IMG/VR virus record: IMGVR_UViG_3300028837_000875
Location: 1-64,000 of that record
Length of the DNA: 64,000 bases
Origin: a virus
Strand: one strand, 5' to 3'
Shown: positions 47,556 to 56,450 of the stretch, in pieces
How the letters are laid out: every line of letters starts with the position of its first letter
How positions within the stretch are numbered: position 1 is the stretch's first letter
Made by a program: the position numbers and the translations under genes
Notes under the pieces: model-generated
The model's database searches: none
What the model saw: the letters and a program-made list of their open reading frames with translations, nothing else
Told to the model about the DNA's origin: nothing

Positions 47556-47607
47556 ACTTGAAAAAATAAAAGTTCAAGTTGACGGCCGCATCTTATTGAT
47601 GTATCAT
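47556..47607 (+). promoter_or_regulatory. strong sigma70-type early promoter with UP-like A-tract and inverted repeat
   Basis: TTGACG (47579)-N17-TATCAT (47602); ACTTGAA-N10-TTCAAGT upstream. Confidence 0.75.
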
Positions 47608-47659
47608 TCACTTGGAATGAGAAAGCAAGCGCAAAACTTGGAACAGAAGGAGGTCAGAA

Positions 47660-47734
47660 ATGAAGCTGGTCTTTGTGTTGACTTGGGTGGTTCTGATTAT
47701 CGGAGTGCTGATTCTCGACGGACACATTTTTTGA
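47660..47734 (+). CDS. 24-aa membrane peptide
   Basis: AAGGAGGT RBS; MKLVFVLTWVVLIIGVLILDGHIF. Confidence 0.55.
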   Translation: MKLVFVLTWVVLIIGVLILDGHIF

Positions 47735-47811
47735 AGGAGGACGCTACTGCATCTATTTATATGGAGTCAGGAGTTTTGAAGTCGTATCAATCTATTTTGA
47801 GGAGGTGTACT

Positions 47812-48114
47812 GTGGCCAGAAGTGAGAAGCATTTTTATTGCAAGATTTGGGCGACGGAAGATGATTTTCTTCAGAGCAAGTTTGTGCTCAGAAGTTTTTA
47901 TGCTGAATCTCTCCGCGACATTCGTCAGCGTTTGATTTTTCTGAAAGCCGAGTGTCCATACGTGACGGACGTGAGTACAATTCTCATTCGAGATAGAAAG
48001 AGTACGACCACTCTTCGCGGTGGTACCGTTCAAGCTAATGTTGAAACAATGATGCGGGCAATCAAGACCGGCCAGCTGGCAGTTGCAATCAATCAGCTTG
48101 CACAGCTTGCATAA
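47812..48114 (+). CDS. early hypothetical protein
   Basis: GAGGAGGT RBS before GTG 47812. Confidence 0.65.
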   Translation: MARSEKHFYCKIWATEDDFLQSKFVLRSFYAESLRDIRQRLIFLKAECPYVTDVSTILIRDRKSTTTLRGGTVQANVETMMRAIKTGQLAVAINQLAQLA

Positions 48115-48142
48115 CCCATCTATTATTATCTGGAGGTGAATC

Positions 48143-48628
48143 ATGGAGAGAACAGCAATGGAAGCGAGAGCACAAGCGAAATATCAAGCAAGCGTCAAGA
48201 GAGCAAGAGCATCATACGAAAAAGCTTGCGGCAAAATTCTTTTCAAGAATGCTTCTGATAGTGAGAAACGAAAAGCTTATGACAAAGCACAGGCAAGACT
48301 TGAAAGAGCATACAGTCTTGCTCGTGAAAGATTTGAAAAAGATTCATTTTTGGGAACGTTTGTTTGCAAAGCAGAGAAAAAAGAAAAAAGAGTCGAGCGA
48401 AGATTTCATGCGTGGGTTCAAGCGGACAGAATGTATCGCAGAAGATTCCACGGCAAACACGCTTCCTCAAATGCAAAGAAATGGATGCGAAATAAAACTG
48501 CTCAACTCCAGCGAGACGGAAAGCATCCGAACGATGCTAAGGTATGTTGGGACCGCTACGAAGATGGTGTGTTCATTTGCACAGAAGTTTACACTCGCTT
48601 GGGTGCAGACTTTGATTGGGCTGAATAG
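48143..48628 (+). CDS. early hypothetical protein
   Basis: GGAGGTGA RBS. Confidence 0.7.
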   Translation: MERTAMEARAQAKYQASVKRARASYEKACGKILFKNASDSEKRKAYDKAQARLERAYSLARERFEKDSFLGTFVCKAEKKEKRVERRFHAWVQADRMYRRRFHGKHASSNAKKWMRNKTAQLQRDGKHPNDAKVCWDRYEDGVFICTEVYTRLGADFDWAE

Positions 48629-48645
48629 ATAAAAGAGGTGCTCAA

Positions 48646-48906
48646 ATGAGATGTAAAGAATTTGAAGAACGAGCCAAGCTATCAAGAGCGCTCAAACTTT
48701 CTAATGACGTATGGTCAAGGCCGGCACAGGATATGCTGAGAATTTATGCCTTTGCAGGCTTTGATACAAAGAAGATTGTTCGGAAAGCAGTAGTGCTGGC
48801 ATCGCCGAATGCGCTTAAAATAAATCTGCCTACAGTCGAGAAAGCTTGGGGCAAGTGTTACAGAAATGCTGGTGATGGAAATTACGCAGATATTTCCGAG
48901 TTTTAA
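48646..48906 (+). CDS. early hypothetical protein
   Basis: GAGGTG RBS. Confidence 0.65.
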   Translation: MRCKEFEERAKLSRALKLSNDVWSRPAQDMLRIYAFAGFDTKKIVRKAVVLASPNALKINLPTVEKAWGKCYRNAGDGNYADISEF

Positions 48907-48924
48907 TTTTGAGGAGGTGCTCGA

Positions 48925-49185
48925 ATGTTGAGACCAGAATTTACAGATTGCTATACAACGCCTCCGGGATACCACGAGTACTGCGAGTTGTGTCAGCAGG
49001 CAGTTGAATGGTTCAAGGTACATCTTTATTTTTATTCGAGAGTCACGACGATTGGCTATCTCGTTAAGCTTTTTGGCATTGAGAAGGACGATGCTGCACA
49101 AGTGTATGAAAATGTCTGGAGCATCTTCGGTCCTGAAGGGGAGTTCAGCATCGAAGATGAAAACGAAAACGTAGCGGCCGCTTAA
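48925..49185 (+). CDS. early hypothetical protein
   Basis: GAGGAGGTG RBS. Confidence 0.7.
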   Translation: MLRPEFTDCYTTPPGYHEYCELCQQAVEWFKVHLYFYSRVTTIGYLVKLFGIEKDDAAQVYENVWSIFGPEGEFSIEDENENVAAA

Positions 49186-49204
49186 TTTTTTAAGGAGGTT
49201 TGAT

Positions 49205-49435
49205 ATGGCTGAGAAGAAAGCGAAAAGAGATAAGTGGACTTGCAGAACTTGTGGACACAAGTTCACTGCAAAAGACAAGAGAGATTTTAGTGATGGAATG
49301 AATGGAAGCTATTGCACACTTTGCGATACACTTGTATGTCAAGACTGCCTCGATAAATATCTTGAGTCTTGTGGCGAAGGCAAAGAGGAGCTTTGCGAAT
49401 ATTGCGGCAAGGATGGTTTTCATTCTCCTTGCTAA
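49205..49435 (+). CDS. Cys-rich Zn-finger protein
   Basis: four CxxC motifs; AAGGAGGT RBS. Confidence 0.7.
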   Translation: MAEKKAKRDKWTCRTCGHKFTAKDKRDFSDGMNGSYCTLCDTLVCQDCLDKYLESCGEGKEELCEYCGKDGFHSPC

Positions 49436-49459
49436 TCTTAATTTGAATGGAGGTAAGAA

Positions 49460-49564
49460 ATGAGTGCAGCGGAAAGAAAGCAGAAAGCATTGAACGCATA
49501 CATCGCAGTTCAAGTTGAGAGAATGAGAAAGACAAACGGCAAGAGCAAAAAGGAAGCGAGGTAA
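49460..49564 (+). CDS. small basic peptide (34 aa)
   Basis: GGAGGT RBS; below ORF-track cutoff. Confidence 0.55.
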   Translation: MSAAERKQKALNAYIAVQVERMRKTNGKSKKEAR

Positions 49565-49567
49565 AAT

Positions 49568-49846
49568 TTGAGAAAGTTCAAAACAATTGATGAAGCAAGA
49601 GCCGCAACATTCCTTGAGATAATTGAGGAAGCGCGGGAAGAAATCATCAAGCTCAATGACGAAAAGTTTTATCTTCATGCTGAGCAAATGAAATCTCGGT
49701 ACTTCGTCGTAGAATTGATGCTGGCAAAAATCGAGAAGCTGTTTTCAAAGAAAGAGGAGGAGAGCATAGAAGAAAGTTTTCACAGAGCTGTTATGATTCG
49801 AGACGAGCTGGATAAAATCGTACCAGCTTGCGGTCGTTTGAATTAA
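49568..49846 (+). CDS. hypothetical protein
   Basis: TTG after GAGGT. Confidence 0.6.
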   Translation: MRKFKTIDEARAATFLEIIEEAREEIIKLNDEKFYLHAEQMKSRYFVVELMLAKIEKLFSKKEEESIEESFHRAVMIRDELDKIVPACGRLN

Positions 49847-49858
49847 GGAGGTGCAGGA

Positions 49859-50065
49859 ATGTTGTTCACGACTTTTGCAGAAATGAAGAGCGGACTAATA
49901 AAGAGGGAGCTTCTTTCACTCAAGCGGAATAAGCTTCGTTCGGTTATGCTCAGAGCAACAGGCAAGAGACGCCACAACGAAACGAAGGAGGATATGGCAG
50001 CAATCATATTGAAGAACACAAACGCGCAGACTGTACGCCAGATACTCGCGCACACGACGATATAA
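49859..50065 (+). CDS. hypothetical protein
   Basis: AAGGAGGTG RBS. Confidence 0.65.
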   Translation: MLFTTFAEMKSGLIKRELLSLKRNKLRSVMLRATGKRRHNETKEDMAAIILKNTNAQTVRQILAHTTI

Positions 50066-50130
50066 GAAAAGAGATTCAGAATGTCTGGACCAAATACTTT
50101 GATAGATAGATTAGAAAGGAGGTTTGCATA

Positions 50131-50541
50131 TTGCGTTATGGAATTGCTACATGGCACTACACAAGCAAGCACTGGTACTGCCGCAGCTATACCAAGCGTG
50201 CAACTTGGAAGTTTGAATATTCAAAGCAAAGAGTTCAAGCTCCAGATGGAAAGATGCGCTTCAAAGCAACTCGCTGGAAAGAAACTAATACGCGAGGAAA
50301 TAGAGTTGTGCAAGAACGTTTCTTTCAAGTCAAGTGGCGTGCAAGGGACTGGTGCTATAAGCAGTGGTGCAAGTATGAAGGGGAAACATTTGAGTCCCTT
50401 CATGTTGTTTCAGAAGGAAGGAGAAAAGCAGGACACAAACTTCTCAAAGTCAAGAAGCTTCGTACCGAAGGAATCAAAGCTGGCCTCAAGCCAGTTCGGA
50501 GACGCAAAATTCTCCGCAAGAAAAATCTCAAGGAGGAATAA
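50131..50541 (+). CDS. basic hypothetical protein
   Basis: AAAGGAGGT RBS before TTG 50131; ends just before next ATG. Confidence 0.6.
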   Translation: MRYGIATWHYTSKHWYCRSYTKRATWKFEYSKQRVQAPDGKMRFKATRWKETNTRGNRVVQERFFQVKWRARDWCYKQWCKYEGETFESLHVVSEGRRKAGHKLLKVKKLRTEGIKAGLKPVRRRKILRKKNLKEE

Positions 50542-50543
50542 TA

Positions 50544-51593
50544 ATGGTTAAGTTGAATGCAGCATTGATTGATGAAGTCAATGAGCTTTTTGAAAGAGGC
50601 GTCATCATTGACTTGGATATTTCCTGGTGGTCAGGACAGGCGAAATTGAGAGCAGAAGATTTGGGCATCCCGAAAGATGACATCAATCTTGATTTATTCT
50701 CGCTCGGTAGGAAGCGGTTCATATCTAAGAATTGGATTGGCCGCTTTCGCAAGTATGAGCAGAAGGGACGCGCCCTTGTTGACGAATATTCTTTCAGATT
50801 CAAGAGAGGTGCAAATTCATTTGTCCCGCTCGATGCTCTTCCGGCAATGCTTGAGAGATTGAATGACTGCAAAGAGAATTTCCTCAAGGTCGTCCAAGGC
50901 TTTGCTGAGCAGTATCCAATGATAAAGAGAAAGATGATTGTGGCCTGGGGCGAAGAGGTTCCGAAAATATACAAGCGTCTGAAATCTTTCGGAGCAAAGG
51001 TCCCGAGTGTAGAAACATTCGAGAAACGTTTCATGGAAGCAGTCAAGAACTGGTATCCGAAGGACCCAACTATTTTCTTCAGATACACTTGGTCGTTTCA
51101 TGAACTGACTTTGCCTCGGCAGTTCAAAGAGAAAGAAGTCAAGCTGAAAAGAAAGCTCAAGAAAGCGGACCTTGAAAGAGCAAAGCAAAGAGCATTGATT
51201 CAGAAATATAATGATGGCTTGCAGAATCAAGTCAGCGATTTTCTTGAGTCAGTTGTTCGCCAGCTAAGAAGCTCAACTGTTGAGCTTGCAGAAAGAGTAC
51301 GCAAGCAGATAACAGACGGAAGCGTTACTGATAACAGACTTGATAGGCTCCGTGAGTTCATCGACAAATTCACGAAGCTCAACTTTATGAATGACCGCGA
51401 GGTTGAAGTTTCTCTTCAGGACCTTAAGAAAAATCTTGAGCATACAGCAGAGGAATACAAATCTAATGAGGAGCTTGAGTCTGCTCTTCGCGGTTCGCTC
51501 GGAAAAGTAATCAAGATTGCATCGAAGAATGGCGCGGCTGTTCTTGCTTCTGCTTTCAGCAGGAAGCGCAAAGTCGTCCGTCGCAAAAAGTAA
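50544..51593 (+). CDS. DUF3150-like protein
   Basis: IDLDISWWSGQAKLRAEDLGI..SLGRKR..FVP N-terminal motif. Confidence 0.6.
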   Translation: MVKLNAALIDEVNELFERGVIIDLDISWWSGQAKLRAEDLGIPKDDINLDLFSLGRKRFISKNWIGRFRKYEQKGRALVDEYSFRFKRGANSFVPLDALPAMLERLNDCKENFLKVVQGFAEQYPMIKRKMIVAWGEEVPKIYKRLKSFGAKVPSVETFEKRFMEAVKNWYPKDPTIFFRYTWSFHELTLPRQFKEKEVKLKRKLKKADLERAKQRALIQKYNDGLQNQVSDFLESVVRQLRSSTVELAERVRKQITDGSVTDNRLDRLREFIDKFTKLNFMNDREVEVSLQDLKKNLEHTAEEYKSNEELESALRGSLGKVIKIASKNGAAVLASAFSRKRKVVRRKK

Positions 51594-51616
51594 TAAGAAT
51601 TGAAAGGAGAATAGAG

Positions 51617-53164
51617 ATGGGATTTAAGACAGAAATTACCAGCCACATAGCAGCTGGCTACTCGATTCTATATGTGCAGAGCTATGAAGAACTCAGAGCA
51701 CGCATCGTCCTTCGCGACGTTGCTGAAAAGCTCGAAAAGAAATTCTATCTTTGGTCGTCAACCATCGGCCTTTGCGCTGTAGAAGGCGACGAGCTTACAA
51801 AGATAGAAGAGACGCAAAGCCCAGAAGAATTGCTGAGTCATCTTTTCGAGAGCTTCACTGAAGAGATGGCAGTTATCGTGCTTTGCGATTTCCACGAGTT
51901 CATGGACGACCCAATGGCAAAGAGAGTCATTCGTGAACTTGGCTCTCGCTTCAAAGAGAAAGGAAACAACTTAATTTTTCTCTCGCCAATTATGAAGCTT
52001 CCTCAGGAGTTGAAGAAAGACGTGACGCTCGTTGAGTTTGACTTGCCAAACAAGGAAGAGCTTGCGAAAGTTGTTGAGGAAGTTGGCGAAGAAAACGAAG
52101 TTGAAATAAATAATGGACAGCTTGATAAAGTTCTTGAAGCTGTTCTTGGTTTGACTACGATAGAAGCGGAAAACGCTCTTGCTCTTTCAGTGTACAACCA
52201 TAATGAATTCTCTCCTGCTGAGCTAATGAAAACCAAAGCAGCAACAATCAAGAAGTCAGGAATACTCGAGTACTTCGAGTCTGATTTCACATTGGAAGAT
52301 GTTGGCGGCTTTCCAGTGCTCAAGGAATGGCTGAGACTCAGAGAGCTTGCATTCACAAAGGAAGCAAGAGAATACGGAATAGACCCGCCGAAAGGTGCGT
52401 TGCTTCTTGGCGTACCAGGCTGCGGCAAAACGCTGTTAGCGCGTGCGGTTGCCAATGCCTGGGGTATGCCATTGCTCAAGCTCGACCTTGGCCGTGTATT
52501 CGGTTCGCTGGTAGGTCAGTCAGAAGAAAACATGAGAGCAGCGATTCAACTTGCGGAAGCAGTAGCCCCTTGCATTCTCTTTGTAGACGAAATCGAGAAA
52601 GGACTTGCAGGAGCCGGAGGCGGTGGCAAGCATGATTCAGGAGTCACGGATAGAGTGTTCGGCACATGGCTGTCCTGGATGCAAGATAAGAAGTCTCAAG
52701 TATTCGTCATTGCTACAGCGAATAATATTGAGGCTCTTCCTGCACCGCTGCTCAGAAAAGGAAGATTCGATGAAATGTTTTTCGTCGACCTTCCAACAGA
52801 GGAAGAAAGAAAAGAGATATTCAATATTCATCTGAGCAAGCGCAACCGCAAGCCGAAAAACTTTGACTTAAACGAGCTTGTCAGACAGACGGATAATTTC
52901 ACTGGCTCTGAAATTGAGGAAGCAGTCAAGTCTGGGCTGTTCCATTCTTTCTCGGAAAATCGAGAGCTTGAGACAAAGGATATTGTTCGAGTCATTAGAG
53001 GAACGGTACCGCTAAGCAAAACAATGTCACTTCAGCTTGATGCTATTCGCAAGTGGGCTAAGGACAGAACGGTTAACGTCTCTTGCTCTGGTTCCGAAAA
53101 GAAGCTCTTGAAGAAAAAAGTTATTCGCAAAATCAAAGGCCGCGGTAACAGCTCACTCAATTAA
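51617..53164 (+). CDS. Ycf46-like AAA+ ATPase
   Basis: SYEE.R, DFHEF, DVGG...LKEWL, GVPGCGKT, DEIEKG, LLRKGRFDE, IRKWAK.R. Confidence 0.9.
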   Translation: MGFKTEITSHIAAGYSILYVQSYEELRARIVLRDVAEKLEKKFYLWSSTIGLCAVEGDELTKIEETQSPEELLSHLFESFTEEMAVIVLCDFHEFMDDPMAKRVIRELGSRFKEKGNNLIFLSPIMKLPQELKKDVTLVEFDLPNKEELAKVVEEVGEENEVEINNGQLDKVLEAVLGLTTIEAENALALSVYNHNEFSPAELMKTKAATIKKSGILEYFESDFTLEDVGGFPVLKEWLRLRELAFTKEAREYGIDPPKGALLLGVPGCGKTLLARAVANAWGMPLLKLDLGRVFGSLVGQSEENMRAAIQLAEAVAPCILFVDEIEKGLAGAGGGGKHDSGVTDRVFGTWLSWMQDKKSQVFVIATANNIEALPAPLLRKGRFDEMFFVDLPTEEERKEIFNIHLSKRNRKPKNFDLNELVRQTDNFTGSEIEEAVKSGLFHSFSENRELETKDIVRVIRGTVPLSKTMSLQLDAIRKWAKDRTVNVSCSGSEKKLLKKKVIRKIKGRGNSSLN

Positions 53165-53187
53165 GATAATAGAAAGAGAGGTGACAA

Positions 53188-53583
53188 ATGTCACATTGGT
53201 CAACAGTTGAAACTGAATTCACAAATGAGCAAGGATTGATTGATGCTCTTAAGGAGATGCATCCAGAACATGAAGTAGTCAAAGGTGGCAACGTGCGCGG
53301 CTACCAAGGGACGCAGAAAGCTGATATCGTCCTGAAGGGAAAGAACATGACGCGCAGTTCTGGATTTGATATCGGATTCAAGAAGAATGCCAATGGAATG
53401 TACTCAGAAATTTCCGATTGGTATGGACTTGATTGGCTTGGAGATAAGTCAACGTTCCAAGATAGATTGAAACAGAGCTATGCCAAGGCAGTCGTCAAAA
53501 GGCGTGCGAAGAAATTCGGCTGGACCATCAAAGAAAAGCAGCAAGAAGATGGAACAGTCAAACTCTCTCTGACAAAATTCTAA
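53188..53583 (+). CDS. DUF1257 (Ycf35-like) protein, copy 1
   Basis: MSHWSTVET, VRGYQG, DIGF, LKQSYA. Confidence 0.8.
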   Translation: MSHWSTVETEFTNEQGLIDALKEMHPEHEVVKGGNVRGYQGTQKADIVLKGKNMTRSSGFDIGFKKNANGMYSEISDWYGLDWLGDKSTFQDRLKQSYAKAVVKRRAKKFGWTIKEKQQEDGTVKLSLTKF

Positions 53584-53598
53584 GAAAGGAAGTGAGCT

Positions 53599-53790
53599 GT
53601 GAGAATAAGAAAAGAAATCATCGTCACGATAGGAACAAAAGGCGAGACAAAGATTGAAGCCAAAGGTTTCAAAAACCGAGAGTGCTTGAGAGCGACTCAG
53701 CCGTTTGAGGAAGCTCTCGGTAAAATCTCCAACAGAAAAATGAAGAGACCAGTTGAGACTCAGAAGGAGACGCAGAGCCTTGGAAACTAA
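53599..53790 (+). CDS. DUF2997-like protein
   Basis: I.VTIG.KGE.KIEAKGF...CLRATQPFEEALG. Confidence 0.75.
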   Translation: MRIRKEIIVTIGTKGETKIEAKGFKNRECLRATQPFEEALGKISNRKMKRPVETQKETQSLGN

Positions 53791-53950
53791 AATAGAAATC
53801 ATCATTGAATCAGACGGCAAAATTAAATCTTGGTGGTCACCAGAGTTCGAGGAACTCGTATCAGAAGTGGCTACTGAAAAAATAGAGAATAGAGAAGGGG
53901 GTCCCCAGCCAATCGGGGACCTGCCCTTCCATCCTGAATTTTGCGGATGA
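53780..53950 (+). CDS. small protein with DUF2997-like N-terminus
   Basis: TTG after AAGGAG; IEIIIESDGKI. Confidence 0.5.
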   Translation: METKIEIIIESDGKIKSWWSPEFEELVSEVATEKIENREGGPQPIGDLPFHPEFCG

Positions 53951-54069
53951 AAGCTGGATATAGATAAATGAAGCTTCAAAAGCATTCAAGACACCGCCTC
54001 ATACCCTGTAGGAGGCCGTCTAACGAAGCACCTAATGGTTCTATATGCTGGCTTTCAGGGAGGGAATAG

Positions 54070-54468
54070 ATGTCTCATTATTCAGAAGTAGATACGGCGT
54101 TCAGAGATAGAGACTGTCTCGTTGAATCTCTGCAAGAGATGGGTTATCAAGTAGAGATTCACGAAGGTGAAGGCTCTAATCTTTTTGGTTATCAAGGAGA
54201 CAAGCGAGAGCAGAAAGCAAACGTAATTGTTAGGCGTCAATTTGTTGGACGCTCTTCAAATGATTTGGGCTGGAAGTGGAACGCGAATAGCGGATGCTTC
54301 ACTCAGATTATTTCTGAGTTCGACCAATACACAAGCAAGCTTGACGAAGGCAAGCTAAAACAAATGTATGCTGAGAAGAAAGTGACTAAGAAAGCACGTA
54401 AGCTTGGTTACAGAATCAAGCGCAATGTTGAGGACGGAGCTGTTCAGCTTACGTTGGTGAAATACTAA
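54070..54468 (+). CDS. DUF1257 (Ycf35-like) protein, copy 2
   Basis: MSHYSEVDT, LFGYQGD.R, SSNDLGW, LKQMYA. Confidence 0.85.
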   Translation: MSHYSEVDTAFRDRDCLVESLQEMGYQVEIHEGEGSNLFGYQGDKREQKANVIVRRQFVGRSSNDLGWKWNANSGCFTQIISEFDQYTSKLDEGKLKQMYAEKKVTKKARKLGYRIKRNVEDGAVQLTLVKY

Positions 54469-54686
54469 TGAACAAAAGAGCAGAAAAAGAAAGACGACGA
54501 GAGCGAAAACAAGAACGCAAGTTCAAGCAAGAAGGAAGGAGACGTGAGCGTAGAAAAGAAGAAAGAAAAATTGAAGAGGAATTTGTTAGCAAGCTGACCC
54601 CACAAGAGAAGGCAAGATACAAAGCACGTAAATTTGCCAAAGCTCTTGGCTGGAATGAAGAAGCTCTTGATTCTTTGGACGTTTAG
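54468..54686 (+). CDS. highly charged small protein
   Basis: TAATG coupling. Confidence 0.6.
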   Translation: MNKRAEKERRRERKQERKFKQEGRRRERRKEERKIEEEFVSKLTPQEKARYKARKFAKALGWNEEALDSLDV

Positions 54687-54687
54687 A

Positions 54688-55428
54688 ATGTATCTAACAA
54701 AAGAATTTTCTCAAAGAGAAAAGACATTGAAGAGAGCGAAGCCAAAGAATAGAATGAGCAGCGACACATCACGAGAGAGATGGTTGTTCATAGAAAGGAG
54801 TCGGCTATTGTCAAATCGTTATTCGTATACCTTTGAGGAGGGAATGGAGAGATTAAAATCTTACGTTAGTTTTCATGCCTTCAGGTTTGGTACAATTTCA
54901 AGATTGAATGACAAGGAGGATTTTGAGTCAATCGCACATTCGGTCATCTGGAAATGCATCACAAAATACAAACCTCAATGTCCGCTGTGTAGAAAGAAGT
55001 TCATTTCGTTTAGTGCGTATAAGAAGCACTCGCACAATCGTAGAAGAATACTCAAGCCAGTCTACAGTCTTGATTCATATATCAAGCTCAGAGTTCTTTC
55101 TGCATTTCAGTTGACAATTAAAAAGGAAATAGCTCAGAAAAGACTTCCTGAAGGTGGTGTTGGATTGCTTGAATCCGAACCGGCAAAATTGTATCAGGAG
55201 TTTGATGGCATTGAGTTGAGTGATGCGATTGATGTCATGTTGCGGGAATTTACATCAGTTGAAAGAGCTATTGTCAGAATGCTCTGTGAGAGGTATCAAG
55301 TATCAGATATTATTACCATGCTTGAACCGCATGGAATCAATATGAGTTTTGTCAGACAGACGATTGTAAAGTTCAGGCAATACTTAACTAGTCAAAACTT
55401 TTCAAAAAATATGAGGCATACTGCTTGA
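54688..55428 (+). CDS. sigma-factor-like protein with inserted C2H2-like Zn finger
   Basis: EDFESIA...IWKCITKY (region 2-like), CPLC..HSH, C-terminal HTH-like segment. Confidence 0.55.
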   Translation: MYLTKEFSQREKTLKRAKPKNRMSSDTSRERWLFIERSRLLSNRYSYTFEEGMERLKSYVSFHAFRFGTISRLNDKEDFESIAHSVIWKCITKYKPQCPLCRKKFISFSAYKKHSHNRRRILKPVYSLDSYIKLRVLSAFQLTIKKEIAQKRLPEGGVGLLESEPAKLYQEFDGIELSDAIDVMLREFTSVERAIVRMLCERYQVSDIITMLEPHGINMSFVRQTIVKFRQYLTSQNFSKNMRHTA

Positions 55429-55508
55429 GTTTGGATAGAAAGCTAATGAGAGTCGAAGTAATGTGCTTCAACAATTTGGAAATGCTCGGAAGAGCAAGGA
55501 GGTAAGGA

Positions 55509-56336
55509 ATGAAGTTAGAGGCGATGAAGTCGTTCGCAAAGGACAACGGAATCAAGGTCAGCAAGAAGGAGACGGAGAAATCGCTGGAACTGAAGATACG
55601 CGAGAAGTGGGAAGAGGACGGCATTGAAAACGAATGCCTCTGCCCGTCTTGCAGTGCAGAAATTCCTGACTTGAATAGCTGTCCGTTCTGCGGTTCGGTA
55701 TTTGAGGAAGAGGAGAAAGAGGAGCCTCAGCCTGAGAAGGAAGAGAAGAAAGAAAGCAAAAAGAAAGCAAAGTCAAAAGGTAAAGGGAAGAAAGACAAGC
55801 CCGCAAAGAAAGAGAAGCCGGCCAAGAAAGAGAAGGCGAAGAAAGAAAAGAAGGGACCCAAGGCAGGTGGCTTGAACTTCAAAGACTGCGTCGAGCACAT
55901 TTCTTCTTACGTCGAGAAAGAGGGCTACGAAGTCAGGGTAAGAGGCAACTTTACTTCTTACTTCATCGACGGCCTCCGCGTTTTCCACATCTCAAAAGCT
56001 ACCAGAGCTTACTCGATGGAAATCGGTGCTCCTGGTTTCTCAATGAAGATGAAGCACGGAGAAGTCAAGACTTTCTCTGACGAAGAAAGAGCACGCAAGC
56101 ACATGGCTGGCATGTTCGGCACTCTCAAGACAACCAATCTTGACGAAGCTCTTGCAGCGGTCAAGGAAATGACCAAGTGTGCGAGAGCATATCTGGCGAA
56201 GAACAAGAAAGAGAAGCCGACAAAGAAAGAGAAGGCAGCGAAGAAAGTCAAGAAGCCTGCGAAGAAAGCGGCCAAGAAGCCCGCAAAGAAAGTGCTCAAG
56301 AAGAAAGTCAAGAGCAGCAAGAAGAAAAAGAAGTAA
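55509..56336 (+). CDS. histone H1-like Lys/Ala-rich DNA-binding protein with Zn ribbon
   Basis: CPSC..CPFC; PAKK repeats; AGGAGGT RBS. Confidence 0.7.
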   Translation: MKLEAMKSFAKDNGIKVSKKETEKSLELKIREKWEEDGIENECLCPSCSAEIPDLNSCPFCGSVFEEEEKEEPQPEKEEKKESKKKAKSKGKGKKDKPAKKEKPAKKEKAKKEKKGPKAGGLNFKDCVEHISSYVEKEGYEVRVRGNFTSYFIDGLRVFHISKATRAYSMEIGAPGFSMKMKHGEVKTFSDEERARKHMAGMFGTLKTTNLDEALAAVKEMTKCARAYLAKNKKEKPTKKEKAAKKVKKPAKKAAKKPAKKVLKKKVKSSKKKKK

Positions 56337-56357
56337 CAACCATCTCTCTATTCTCTC

Positions 56358-56386
56358 GGGGAAGCTCTGCGGAGCTTCCTTTTTTT
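56358..56386 (+). terminator. intrinsic terminator
   Basis: GGAAGCTC-TGCG-GAGCTTCC followed by T7. Confidence 0.85.
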
Positions 56387-56392
56387 ATGTTT

Positions 56393-56414
56393 AGTCAATG
56401 CTACTCGGATAGAT
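56393..56414 (+). promoter_or_regulatory. conserved motif, candidate phage-specific promoter (copy 2)
   Basis: AGTCAA-N3-TACTCGGATAGAT. Confidence 0.6.
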
Positions 56415-56450
56415 AGATATAAAGAGAATTCAATTAAGCAGTAGGAGCAG

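Noticed and set aside
47533-47811. N-terminal extension of the 193-aa ORF
   Set aside because: Overlaps the promoter and the 24-aa peptide gene; the RBS supports GTG 47812.
50081-50551. 156-aa ORF overlapping 50131..50541
   Set aside because: The AAAGGAGGT RBS is positioned for TTG 50131, and that frame ends cleanly before the next gene.
50544-55428. Lysogeny module (integrase/repressor)
   Set aside because: No recombinase motifs or divergently oriented repressor seen; lifestyle cannot be settled from this window alone.
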